NCBI GenBank assembly: GCA_963667845.2
Contig: CAXXVL010000002.1
Location: forward strand, 2,944,001 to 3,008,000
From: Smithellaceae bacterium
GTDB lineage: Bacteria > Desulfobacterota > Syntrophia > Syntrophales > Smithellaceae
Reading direction: 5' to 3'
Length of the DNA: 64,000 nucleotides
In this document: piece after piece, positions 19,696 to 29,149 of the stretch
Position numbering within the stretch: the stretch's first letter is position 1
Layout: each line of letters starts with the position of its first letter
Notes under the pieces: model-generated
The model's database searches: none
The model's input: only the letters and a program-made list of their open reading frames with translations
Told to the model about the DNA's origin: nothing
Made by a program: the position numbers and the translations under genes

Positions 19696-22600
19696 ATGAA
19701 AGCGGAAAAATCAATCATGAAAGTTTTTATCAGTAATAAACTGGAAAAGCTGGTCCAATGTCTCGCTGGCCGATTGAAGGAGCCGCTTAAGCATCCTCTG
19801 ACCCCGGAAACCATCGTTGTTCAGAGTGCGGGCATGGCCAAGTGGATATCACTGCAATTGGCCCAAAGACAGGGGATTGCGGCAAATTATGCGTTTCCGT
19901 TTCCCAAAAAAATTCTGGGGGAAATCTTCGGCGCCTTCTTGCCCGACTATTTTCCGGATCCGTCCTTCGATGAACGAGTGCTCGCCTGGAAGATTCTGGA
20001 GATATTACCGGAAGTGTCCCAGAACGAAGATTTCCTGCCGATTCGTCATTATCTCGGACATTCGAATGACCAGCAGAAGAGGTATCAGCTGGCCAAAAAA
20101 ATCGCCGAGACATTCGATCAATATTTGATTTTCCGTCCAGAGATGATTCTGGACTGGGAAGCAGGAATCGTCAAAGATTCAAGCGATATCTGGCAGGCAA
20201 GGCTTTGGAATATGATCGTGGCTCGCCAGGGAATGAGGCATCCGGCGAGGTTGCGGGAATTGCTTTTGTCCGGCATAAGGAATAAGCCGGTAAGACAAGA
20301 GGTTCTGCCCCAGCGGCTGTCCATTTTCGGGATATCCTACCTGCCGCCCTACTATTTGGAAATATTTTCCCGTCTGTCGGTTCATCTTCCCGTGGATTAC
20401 TACTATCTCAATCCATCTCGGGAATTCTGGGCCGATATTCGATCGCAGCGCGAGATCGGTTCGGTCCTCGGCAAAGTGTCAAAGCATCTGATGACCGCGG
20501 ATGATGATTCATTACACATGGAAAGCGGCAATTCACTCTTAGCCTCCTGGGGGAGACAGGGCCGGGACTTCTTCAGGCTCATGGAAAACGTTCCTGCAGA
20601 CGATATCGACTTATTTGAAAAGCCGGAGGCTGTAAATCTGCTGTCGGCAATCCAATCCGACATCGATCTGCTTCAGGAACACGATTCGACGGATATTTCA
20701 TACATGAAATGGACGCCCGAGGATGATTCGATTCAAATCCATTCCTGTCACAGCCCGCTTCGGGAAATCGAAACACTTCATGATGTCCTCTTAAGCCTTT
20801 TCGAAAAGAACAGCGGTTTGACTCCGCAGGATGTGCTGGTGATGACGCCGCACATAGAACGGTATGCGCCGCCGATAGAAGCCGTATTCGACGCGAGGGA
20901 ACCGAAGATTCCCTATGCGATTGCCGACCGCGGGTCCCTTTCCACGAGCGTCGTTGGCCTGGGTTTGACGTCGCTTCTCGATTTGGCCGAGAGCCGGTTT
21001 ACGTCCGACGGCATCCTAACGATTCTGGAAAACGCAGCGGTCGGTGAAATGTTCGCTATTTCATCTCAAGATCTCGAACAGATCCGCCACTGGATTTCCG
21101 AGACGCACATTAAATGGGGAATTGACGCCGCTCACCGGCAGACCTTTGACCTGCCCGCTTTCAGCCAGAATACCTGGCGTCATGGGCTGGATCGATTGCT
21201 TGCCGGCGCGACCCTTGACGGCCGGCGTCGGGACTTCTTTGGGGATGTTCTACCCTATGGCGAGGTCGAATCGGAGCAAACTCAGGTCCTGGGCCGTTTT
21301 ATGTCGTTTTGGGAAAAAGTGATCGAGCTGAGGAAGATTTTGCTTGTTGCGCATTCACTTTCAGACTGGTGTGAAATCCTGCAAGATATTCTCGACGATT
21401 TCTTCCCTCCGACCGAGCCGTTTCGTCACGAATTGACTGCCGTCAGGCACTTAATCAGCAATCTGAAAAAAGAGCAGCAGGCTGCGGACCTGAGCGAACT
21501 TATCTCACTTGGTGTCCTGAAAGGTTACATCCTTACCGCCATGGAAAACCCGGGGGAGCTTTCCGGCTTTCTGGCCGGCGGCGTGTCGTTTTGCGCGCTT
21601 TTGCCGATGCGCAGCATACCTTTTAAAGTCATTTGCCTGGTCGGTATGAATCATGATGCCTATCCCCGCCAGGACCGGCGGACGGGCTTTAATATTATGG
21701 AAAGGGAAAGAAAGCCGGGGGATCGATCGCTGAGAAAAGATGACCAGTATCTGTTTCTCGAAGCGCTCCTATCCGCCAGGCAAAACCTGATCATAAGTTA
21801 TGTCGGTCAAAGTGCGACGGACAACAGCGAACTGCTGCCTTCGGTGCTGGTCTCCGAATTCCTGGACTATCTGGATAAAAATTATAGCCCCGCAAACGAC
21901 CGTCCCGTATCCTCGCTGATCAGACGAAAACAACGCTTGCACGGCTTTTCTCCCGTGTACTTTGGCAGCGACGATACCCTGTTCAGCTATTCCCGACAAA
22001 ATTATCTGGCGGCCAAATCGATTCTGGAGCGGAAGAAAGAGCAGCCCCGATTCCTTAAGGAAGCGCTTGGGGAAACGAACGAACGATCCGCGGTGATTTC
22101 AGTCAAAGATTTGATTCTTTTTTATCGCAATCCTGCGAGGTATTTTCTGGAAAAACGCCTTTGTTTGAAATTACCCGCGCCGCTCAGGGATGAAGAAGAC
22201 AGCGAACCCTTTTCTCTTGATCCGTTGACGGCCTATCACATCAAACAGGCTTTGGTGGATAGTCATCTTAAGTCGGAAGACGAACATTTCATTTATAATG
22301 TTAAGCATGCGGAAGGCAGCCTGCCGGTCGGCAGCGCGGGCGACTATTATTTTGAGCAGTTGAACCGGCAGGCCGCGGAGTATGCGCGCCGGGTTTCGGC
22401 CCATCTTAAAGGAGAGCCGCTTGCAGACTGCAATATTGATTTACGCATCGGCGATTATCGATTGATAGGAGTTTTGGATCATCTGTACGGCGCGCATCGC
22501 ATTTATTACCGGATGGCGACCTTGAAAATGAATGACTATCTTAGCGGCTGGATAACCCACTTGATCCTCAATAATGTGCCGGACCGGGGCCTGCCGCAAA

Positions 22601-22962
22601 CCAGCCTGATTTTGGGCGGGGATTCCTTCTGGAAATTAAAGCCGGTCCAAAATGCCGAAGAATTATTAAGGGTCATGATTCGATACTTTTGCCAGGGCCG
22701 GACGAAGCCTTTAAAATTCTTTGCCCGCGCGTCCTGGGAATACGCGCAGGCTTTGTGGCTTAAAGGGAAGTCAAGCGAAGATGCGATCCGCGCGGCAAGT
22801 CTCATCTGGTCCGGGAACGATTCACATTTTCTGGATGCGGAATCTCAGGAAACCTCCTGCAAAATATGCTTTGAAAACGATCAGCCAATCGACAGAGAAT
22901 TTGCCCAGACCGCTCAAGCTATTCTAAAAGACCTTTTTATGCATTTGGAAAAACTGGAGTAA
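19696..22962 (+). CDS. recC: Exodeoxyribonuclease V gamma subunit
   Basis: SN.LE.L, IVVQS.GM..W, NPSREFWADI, LLASWG.QGRDF, HSCHS..RE.E.L.D, PMRSIPFKVICL.GMN. Confidence 0.96.
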   Translation: MKAEKSIMKVFISNKLEKLVQCLAGRLKEPLKHPLTPETIVVQSAGMAKWISLQLAQRQGIAANYAFPFPKKILGEIFGAFLPDYFPDPSFDERVLAWKILEILPEVSQNEDFLPIRHYLGHSNDQQKRYQLAKKIAETFDQYLIFRPEMILDWEAGIVKDSSDIWQARLWNMIVARQGMRHPARLRELLLSGIRNKPVRQEVLPQRLSIFGISYLPPYYLEIFSRLSVHLPVDYYYLNPSREFWADIRSQREIGSVLGKVSKHLMTADDDSLHMESGNSLLASWGRQGRDFFRLMENVPADDIDLFEKPEAVNLLSAIQSDIDLLQEHDSTDISYMKWTPEDDSIQIHSCHSPLREIETLHDVLLSLFEKNSGLTPQDVLVMTPHIERYAPPIEAVFDAREPKIPYAIADRGSLSTSVVGLGLTSLLDLAESRFTSDGILTILENAAVGEMFAISSQDLEQIRHWISETHIKWGIDAAHRQTFDLPAFSQNTWRHGLDRLLAGATLDGRRRDFFGDVLPYGEVESEQTQVLGRFMSFWEKVIELRKILLVAHSLSDWCEILQDILDDFFPPTEPFRHELTAVRHLISNLKKEQQAADLSELISLGVLKGYILTAMENPGELSGFLAGGVSFCALLPMRSIPFKVICLVGMNHDAYPRQDRRTGFNIMERERKPGDRSLRKDDQYLFLEALLSARQNLIISYVGQSATDNSELLPSVLVSEFLDYLDKNYSPANDRPVSSLIRRKQRLHGFSPVYFGSDDTLFSYSRQNYLAAKSILERKKEQPRFLKEALGETNERSAVISVKDLILFYRNPARYFLEKRLCLKLPAPLRDEEDSEPFSLDPLTAYHIKQALVDSHLKSEDEHFIYNVKHAEGSLPVGSAGDYYFEQLNRQAAEYARRVSAHLKGEPLADCNIDLRIGDYRLIGVLDHLYGAHRIYYRMATLKMNDYLSGWITHLILNNVPDRGLPQTSLILGGDSFWKLKPVQNAEELLRVMIRYFCQGRTKPLKFFARASWEYAQALWLKGKSSEDAIRAASLIWSGNDSHFLDAESQETSCKICFENDQPIDREFAQTAQAILKDLFMHLEKLE

Positions 22963-22968
22963 TCCTTC

Positions 22969-25900
22969 ATGACGGCTTTTGACCTTTCCGCCTGCCCGCT
23001 CGCGGGCATCAATCTGATTGAAGCCAGCGCCGGTACCGGAAAAACACATGCCCTGGCCGGTTTGTATCTGAGATTTCTCATCGAGGAGCGGCTTGCCGCC
23101 CGGCAACTCCTGGTGATCACGTATACCAATGCCGCGACAGCGGAACTCAAGAGGCGCATCCGCCAAATGATTGTTGATGCCGAAGATGCCTTTCTGACCG
23201 GTGAAACGTCATCCGATATCATGAGAGACCTTTTGCAGAAATATCCTGATTCTCAGGACAGGAAAAGAATTGTCCGCGATCTTGGAATCATCCTCGCCAA
23301 TTTCGATGAAACGGCAATTTACACCATTCATGGTTTCTGCCAGCGGATCCTGAGCGATAACGCATTTGCGAGCGGAGAGCTCTTTGAGGTCGAATTCATC
23401 GAAAATCAGCGACGGCTGGAGCAGGAATTCATCGACGATTTCTGGCGCAGACATTTTTATAAAAATCATCCCGTAATTGTTCAATATGCGCTGGCGGGAA
23501 AGATGGATCGAAATACATTGCTGTCTTTACTGCGGATCGTACTGTCCAGACCGGATCTGAAGGTCATTCCCGACTATGAACCTTTTCAGATGGACAAATT
23601 TGAACACGATCTGAAAAAGCTTCGGGAAACTTTTTCGCGGCTTAAATCCGTGTGTCTGAATGATAAAAGCGCCATGATCTCGGCATTAAGAGACAAGGCG
23701 TTAAACGGGCAGATTTACGGCAGGAAAGTGGATGAATTGATCCGGGAAATTGAAGCACTACTGGAGCGCAATGAGCTGCCGTTGCCGCCGCCGGTTTGTC
23801 TGCAAAAAATCAGTGCGGACTACTTGAAGAAGAAAACCAACAAGAATCAGAACACGCCCCGGCATGCGGCTTTCGATCTGAGCCAGGAGATGCTCGAGGA
23901 ATCGGCCGGAGTGGAAGAGCATCTGGATCAATACCTGGCGGGATTGAAGAAAGAATTTATGGAAGCTGCCAGGGTTGATTTTCCGGGACTCAAACGGAAA
24001 AAGAATGTTCTGTATTTTGATGATCTGCTTTCGCGCGCCTACGAGGCTCTGCATGCTTCGGGAGGCAATCGGCTGGCTGAAATCCTCCGCACGCAATATC
24101 GGGCGGTGCTGGTCGATGAATTTCAGGATACCGACCCGATTCAGTTCGCCATCCTGCAGTCTCTCTTTCTCACGGATGCCGCAGTGACAGATCAAACGGC
24201 GTTATTTTATATCGGCGATCCCAAGCAGGCCATCTACAGTTTTCGCGGCGCCGACATCTTCGCCTATCTGCGTGCCGCCCAAAGAGTCGATCACCGATAT
24301 TCCATGCAGTATAACTGGCGTTCCGAGGAAACACTCATTAACGCGGTTAATGTCCTGTTTGAAGAACCGGGACAATCGTTTGTTTATGAGGAAATTCCTT
24401 ATCACAGGATCAGGCAGGCACCCGATATTCCGGTTAAAAGGCTGACAATCGTCGGGGAAGAATCCGCCGGAATGCAGTGGTGGTTTGTGCCGGGAGACGA
24501 TGATGGCCGCCCCCTGGGCGTAGGCGCAGCCCGGAAATGGATTAACGAGGCGGTTGTTGCGGAGATATCCAGACTGCTGACGCTCGGCCGTGCGCAGAAG
24601 GCGACTATCGGTGAAAAAATGCTGGCGGAAAGTGATATAGCAATCTTGGTCCGCAAAAATGCTGAAGCCAATACTCTGCAAAAGATGCTGACTGCGGCCG
24701 GAATTCCTTCCGTGATTTACTCTGCTCAAAGCGTTTTTTCCTCCGACGAGGCTAGGGAACTGCAGAGATTGATGCTGGGCATTATCCATTACGAAAATGA
24801 GGGCTATGTCTTATCCGCCTTAACAACGGTTTTCTTTAATTTGCGGGCGGCGGATATCGCCGCATGCTCCGAAGAAGACAGCCGGATGGAAGGCTGGCGG
24901 ATCAAATTTAAATACTACAATGAGCTGTGGAAGACAAAAGGCTTTCTGACCATGTTCGCTGTTTTTCTGGAACAGGAAGACGCCCGTCCGAGAATTGCTT
25001 TGCGCCCCGACGGGGAAAGACGTCTGACCAACTTCGCCCATCTGGCACAGGAATTATTTCAGTCGCAGTCGGAAGGCAATCTCAGGCCGACCGAGTTGTT
25101 AAGATGGCTTGATGATATGATGGTCACTGAAGAGAATGTCAAAGACGATCAGCAATTGCAGCTCGAGACGGACCGGAACTGCGTTCGCCTTGTTACCATT
25201 CACAGGAGTAAGGGATTGGAATATCCGATCGTTTTTTGCCCCTTTGCCTGGGAGACGGGTGCGAACCGCAGGGAAGATTTGCCTCTTTGCTTCCATGATG
25301 AAAAAAATAATTGGCAGGCAACAGCTGATCTGGGATCGGAACATGTCTCTGCAAACAAAGAGTTCTATGACCGGGAGGTTCTGGCGGAAGACTGCCGGCT
25401 GCTGTATGTGGCGATGACCCGTGCGAAGAACCGGTGTTATTTTGTCAGCGGTCATATCAAGGGGACGCAATCCAGTGCGGTGACCTACCTTTTTCAGAGG
25501 TCTTTGTGGATGGATCAGGGACTGACAGCGACGGATGAAGATATGATTGGGCAGATGATGTCGTTTGCCGTTCGTGCGCCTGAGGACATTCGTATTAAAA
25601 AACTTAAGGCAATCGCTGTGCCTGAAAAATGGCTCCCGAAATCTGCGGTGGAGGAAATTTCTCATCGCGGATTTGCAGGGAAAATTGATCAGCGGTGGAG
25701 AATCGCGAGTTATACGTATCTGACGCATGCGTCGCATGACGATTTGGAATGGGAGGAAGGGGCAGGCTTGGCAAGCGATGAGCAGGCGGTTCCGGAAGAG
25801 AAGATGGCGGATAACATCCTCCTTTTTCCTCCCGGGGCGACATCCGGTATTCTGCTTCATGAAATCATCGAAAAGATCGATTTTCAGCATACCCTTGAAG

Positions 25901-26556
25901 AGCAGACGGCGAAGATTGTGAGCGAGACCCTGGAAAAATATAATTATGCGCCTTCATGGCAGCCGGGCATTATAAAGATGCTGGTCGGTCTTGCCCGAAC
26001 GAAATTGAAAGACAGGAACGGGAGTGACTTCAGTCTTTCCCAAGTTGATCTTACCGGTTGCCGCAAAGAATTGGAATTCTATTTTCCGCTGCGGGATATT
26101 TATCCCGAAAGATTGATGTCTTTCTTGGAGAAATCGGCGCAGAGCCATGAATCCGGAGATCAAAGGAATTTGAATTTCCTTCCGGTGCACGGCTTTTTAA
26201 AGGGATTCATTGACTTTGTTTTTGAATATGACGGACAATTCTATCTGGCGGACTGGAAATCCAATGATCTGGGCGATCACGATGAATGTTACGCCCCCAG
26301 AATTTTAAAACAGGAAATTTTCAAAAATCTTTATGACGTGCAATACCTGATTTATACGGTTGCGCTGGATCGGTATCTCAAAGAAAGGCTTGCCGGATAC
26401 CGCTATGAGAAAAATTTTGGCGGCGTCTTCTATTTCTTTTTGCGCGGATTGAGTGCAAAAACAGGCCCGGCCAACGGCGTTTATTATCATCGACCGGATG
26501 AAGAAGTAATCAGACGGCTCGCGAATAGTCTACTGGCGGAAAACTCGGATCAGTGA
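22969..26556 (+). CDS. recB: Exodeoxyribonuclease V beta subunit
   Basis: IEASAGTGKT, DEFQDTD, GDPKQAIYSFRGAD, TIH.SKGLEY, YVAMTRA, nuclease GFID...DWKSN. Confidence 0.97.
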   Translation: MTAFDLSACPLAGINLIEASAGTGKTHALAGLYLRFLIEERLAARQLLVITYTNAATAELKRRIRQMIVDAEDAFLTGETSSDIMRDLLQKYPDSQDRKRIVRDLGIILANFDETAIYTIHGFCQRILSDNAFASGELFEVEFIENQRRLEQEFIDDFWRRHFYKNHPVIVQYALAGKMDRNTLLSLLRIVLSRPDLKVIPDYEPFQMDKFEHDLKKLRETFSRLKSVCLNDKSAMISALRDKALNGQIYGRKVDELIREIEALLERNELPLPPPVCLQKISADYLKKKTNKNQNTPRHAAFDLSQEMLEESAGVEEHLDQYLAGLKKEFMEAARVDFPGLKRKKNVLYFDDLLSRAYEALHASGGNRLAEILRTQYRAVLVDEFQDTDPIQFAILQSLFLTDAAVTDQTALFYIGDPKQAIYSFRGADIFAYLRAAQRVDHRYSMQYNWRSEETLINAVNVLFEEPGQSFVYEEIPYHRIRQAPDIPVKRLTIVGEESAGMQWWFVPGDDDGRPLGVGAARKWINEAVVAEISRLLTLGRAQKATIGEKMLAESDIAILVRKNAEANTLQKMLTAAGIPSVIYSAQSVFSSDEARELQRLMLGIIHYENEGYVLSALTTVFFNLRAADIAACSEEDSRMEGWRIKFKYYNELWKTKGFLTMFAVFLEQEDARPRIALRPDGERRLTNFAHLAQELFQSQSEGNLRPTELLRWLDDMMVTEENVKDDQQLQLETDRNCVRLVTIHRSKGLEYPIVFCPFAWETGANRREDLPLCFHDEKNNWQATADLGSEHVSANKEFYDREVLAEDCRLLYVAMTRAKNRCYFVSGHIKGTQSSAVTYLFQRSLWMDQGLTATDEDMIGQMMSFAVRAPEDIRIKKLKAIAVPEKWLPKSAVEEISHRGFAGKIDQRWRIASYTYLTHASHDDLEWEEGAGLASDEQAVPEEKMADNILLFPPGATSGILLHEIIEKIDFQHTLEEQTAKIVSETLEKYNYAPSWQPGIIKMLVGLARTKLKDRNGSDFSLSQVDLTGCRKELEFYFPLRDIYPERLMSFLEKSAQSHESGDQRNLNFLPVHGFLKGFIDFVFEYDGQFYLADWKSNDLGDHDECYAPRILKQEIFKNLYDVQYLIYTVALDRYLKERLAGYRYEKNFGGVFYFFLRGLSAKTGPANGVYYHRPDEEVIRRLANSLLAENSDQ

Positions 26557-26608
26557 TATTGAAACCACATTCACCGGAAAAAATTTTTTCAAAGAAAGGG
26601 ATGGCCTC

Positions 26609-27913
26609 ATGCTGAAGATCAAAGAATTATTCTTAAATTCCGTGTTATGTATTGCTGTCCTGCTTATGATCAGCGCCTGCGGAGGTGGCGGGGGCGGGAC
26701 TGTTGTCATCATTCAGACGGATCCCGGACACCTGGATGCCGGCTTTGGCAGCGCCGGTAAAGTCGTAACGGACATTTCAACCCATGATGATCGGGCATAT
26801 GCAACGGCCATTCAATCCGACGGGAAGATTATTGCCGTGGGGACTGCCAACGGAAATTTCGCCGTTGCGCGCTATACGGTAACCGGCGCACTGGACGCGT
26901 CATTCGGAACAGGCGGTATTGTCACAACACCTATTGGTGTGGGCGGTGCTGTTGCCCGCGCCATTGCGATTCAGGCGGATGGTAAAATTGTTGTTGCCGG
27001 GTATTATCAGGCGGGACCCTTGAATAAAATCGCCGTAGTTCGTTACAGCAACGGTGGTTCCCTGGATTCCACTTTTGGCACCGGAGGCATCGTCACGACG
27101 TCCATCGGCGCGAATAATGACTTTGCGTATGCGGTGGCCGTGCAAAGTGACGGTAAGATCGTTATTGCCGGTTCGTCTAATGATGGCACGAAGGATTTGT
27201 TTGCTCTTGTGCGATATACCGCTGTCGGCGTGTTGGATACAAGTTTTAATATCACGGGTAAAGTAACGAGGCAGATCGGTTTGGGAAACAGCGTCGCGAG
27301 TGGTGTGGCAATTCAGACCAATCAATTCATTGTGGCGGTAGGGGTTTCCTCCAATGGCGCGCTCAATGATTTTGCCATGGCCCGCTATGACACTAACGGA
27401 ACACTGGACGTAGCTTTTGGCACGGGAGGCGAAGTCATGACACCGGTCGGAACCGGCGCGGCTGCGGCTCAAGCGGTCGCTATCCAGCCGACGGATCAGA
27501 AGATCGTGGTTGTCGGTCAAGCATTGGTCGGTGGAAGTAATAATTTTGCCATAGTTCGTTATCTTACGAATGGAACGCTGGACACTGGATTCGACACAGA
27601 CGGAAAAGTCACCACTGCAATAGGAACGGTAAATGACATTGCCCGGGCGGTCAAGATTGCCTCCGGCGGGAAGATTGTCGTTGCCGGCTCTTCAAATAAC
27701 GGCACCAATGAAGATTTTGCTCTGACGCGCTATAATGCTGACGGAACGTTGGACACCCTTTTTAACGGCACCGGCAAAGTCACTACGGCTGTCGGAACAG
27801 GCGACGATTTGGCCTTCGGTCTGGCGATCCAATCCGACGGCAAGATTGTAGCGGCCGGCTATTCCTTTAACGGTTTGAATAATGATTTTGCCCTGACTCG
27901 CTACTGGCCATAG
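26609..27913 (+). CDS. Delta-60 repeat (beta-propeller-like) lipoprotein
   Basis: Lipobox-like ISAC-GGGGGG; seven ~56-aa repeats of LD..FG.GG.V.T...D.A...AIQ.DGKIVVAG....F...RY. Confidence 0.88.
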   Translation: MLKIKELFLNSVLCIAVLLMISACGGGGGGTVVIIQTDPGHLDAGFGSAGKVVTDISTHDDRAYATAIQSDGKIIAVGTANGNFAVARYTVTGALDASFGTGGIVTTPIGVGGAVARAIAIQADGKIVVAGYYQAGPLNKIAVVRYSNGGSLDSTFGTGGIVTTSIGANNDFAYAVAVQSDGKIVIAGSSNDGTKDLFALVRYTAVGVLDTSFNITGKVTRQIGLGNSVASGVAIQTNQFIVAVGVSSNGALNDFAMARYDTNGTLDVAFGTGGEVMTPVGTGAAAAQAVAIQPTDQKIVVVGQALVGGSNNFAIVRYLTNGTLDTGFDTDGKVTTAIGTVNDIARAVKIASGGKIVVAGSSNNGTNEDFALTRYNADGTLDTLFNGTGKVTTAVGTGDDLAFGLAIQSDGKIVAAGYSFNGLNNDFALTRYWP

Positions 27914-27919
27914 ATAAGA

Positions 27920-27953
27920 GAGGCAGGCCGCCCGAAAGGGTGGGCCTGCCTTC
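27920..27953. terminator. GC-rich hairpin between convergent genes (probable terminator)
   Basis: AGGCAGGCC-GCCC-GAAA-GGGTG-GGCCTGCCT. Confidence 0.7.
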
Positions 27954-27969
27954 TGTCTTCGCTTCTCAT

Positions 27970-29004
27970 CTATTTACCCTTGGGAAATCTTTTTTGCAGC
28001 TCGGGAAGGAGTTCCGAGCGGAGATGCTCGGAGTCGGCATATTTTTTTGTATAAGTGCTGGAGAATCGCAGGACGCAGGTTGGTGTCTGAGTGATTTCAA
28101 GTTTTTTGATCAGAGTCGACCATTGAGTGAATATAGGTTTGGGATCCATTACTTTTAAAGCGATCCCCTGAGATTTCAGCGAAGCGGCCAGCACGCTTTC
28201 TTGATCGACTTTCTTTTCCGTGGCAAGTGAAAAAAGAATCCTTCTCGCCTTCAGGACATTTTTATAGCCCTTATCCGCAGCGGCCGCCGCCAGAAAATAT
28301 TTTGCATAAAGCCCGCTTCCCGGATGACCCGGATAATCAACAAACGTAATTTTTACATCGCCCCTGGCGAGCAGTCTTTCTAACTCGGGTTCCAGGTCTC
28401 CTTCCACGGACTGGCAGGGCGGGCAAAAGTAATCCGTGAAAATAATCAGCTCCCAGGCGCCCTTGCCGTAAGAGGGGATTGTTGTCTGGTCGCCGGCATA
28501 GGCGGGAGTGACTGAACCGGAAAAAGAAAAGCTGATAAAAACGTAGCCGACAATCATCATAGCCAGCAGGGGCAGCCGCTGGCCGCCGGTAAAGGGAAGC
28601 CTGGCATCGCCAAAAAGATAGATTAATTTCTGATACCACTTATTCATCATGCCAAACCTTTCATAATTGATTACGTACATCACTAAAACCATTATGCCGA
28701 AGGATAGGCAAAACGGGCAGAAAACATTTTCTGAAACCTGGAAAGAAACGAGGAAGGCCTCCACACCGATGCCCGAGGCGACAAGCAGACGGACCAAATC
28801 CGCCTGTTTCACCAGAGACAAGATGATGATCAGGGACATATAGACCACGCCGACATATTTCAGGTCGATGCCTAAAATGTCGCCGCGCAGATAGGAGCAG
28901 GCTGTATCGCAGACAGTATAAAAAGCCATCAGCCCGATGCCGATTACAGCCAGGAGGATTGTGACTACGAGACGGTAACGCATCAGCTGTCGGTAAAGAC
29001 TCAT
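27970..29004 (-). CDS. VKOR-like membrane domain fused to DsbA/thioredoxin-like domain
   Basis: About 5 TM with CDTAC and FCPFC; C-terminal FTDYFCPPC and cis-Pro motif TPT. Confidence 0.8.
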   Translation of the reverse strand: MSLYRQLMRYRLVVTILLAVIGIGLMAFYTVCDTACSYLRGDILGIDLKYVGVVYMSLIIILSLVKQADLVRLLVASGIGVEAFLVSFQVSENVFCPFCLSFGIMVLVMYVINYERFGMMNKWYQKLIYLFGDARLPFTGGQRLPLLAMMIVGYVFISFSFSGSVTPAYAGDQTTIPSYGKGAWELIIFTDYFCPPCQSVEGDLEPELERLLARGDVKITFVDYPGHPGSGLYAKYFLAAAAADKGYKNVLKARRILFSLATEKKVDQESVLAASLKSQGIALKVMDPKPIFTQWSTLIKKLEITQTPTCVLRFSSTYTKKYADSEHLRSELLPELQKRFPKGK

Positions 29005-29036
29005 TTACTATTTTCCCTTTAAAAAAAATTTGGGGG

Positions 29037-29065
29037 ATTATAAAATCAGAAGAGGGCATTGTCAA
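29037..29065 (-). promoter_or_regulatory. Consensus sigma70 promoter for the VKOR-DsbA gene
   Basis: Minus strand TTGACA (29065-29060), 17 nt, TATAAT (29042-29037). Confidence 0.85.
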
Positions 29066-29149
29066 TACAATGTTGACAATAATTATGCCCTTGACAAGCC
29101 GGGCACGCTTATTCAATAGTTTTGCACGAAAGGCCTGGAGCACAGCGAT

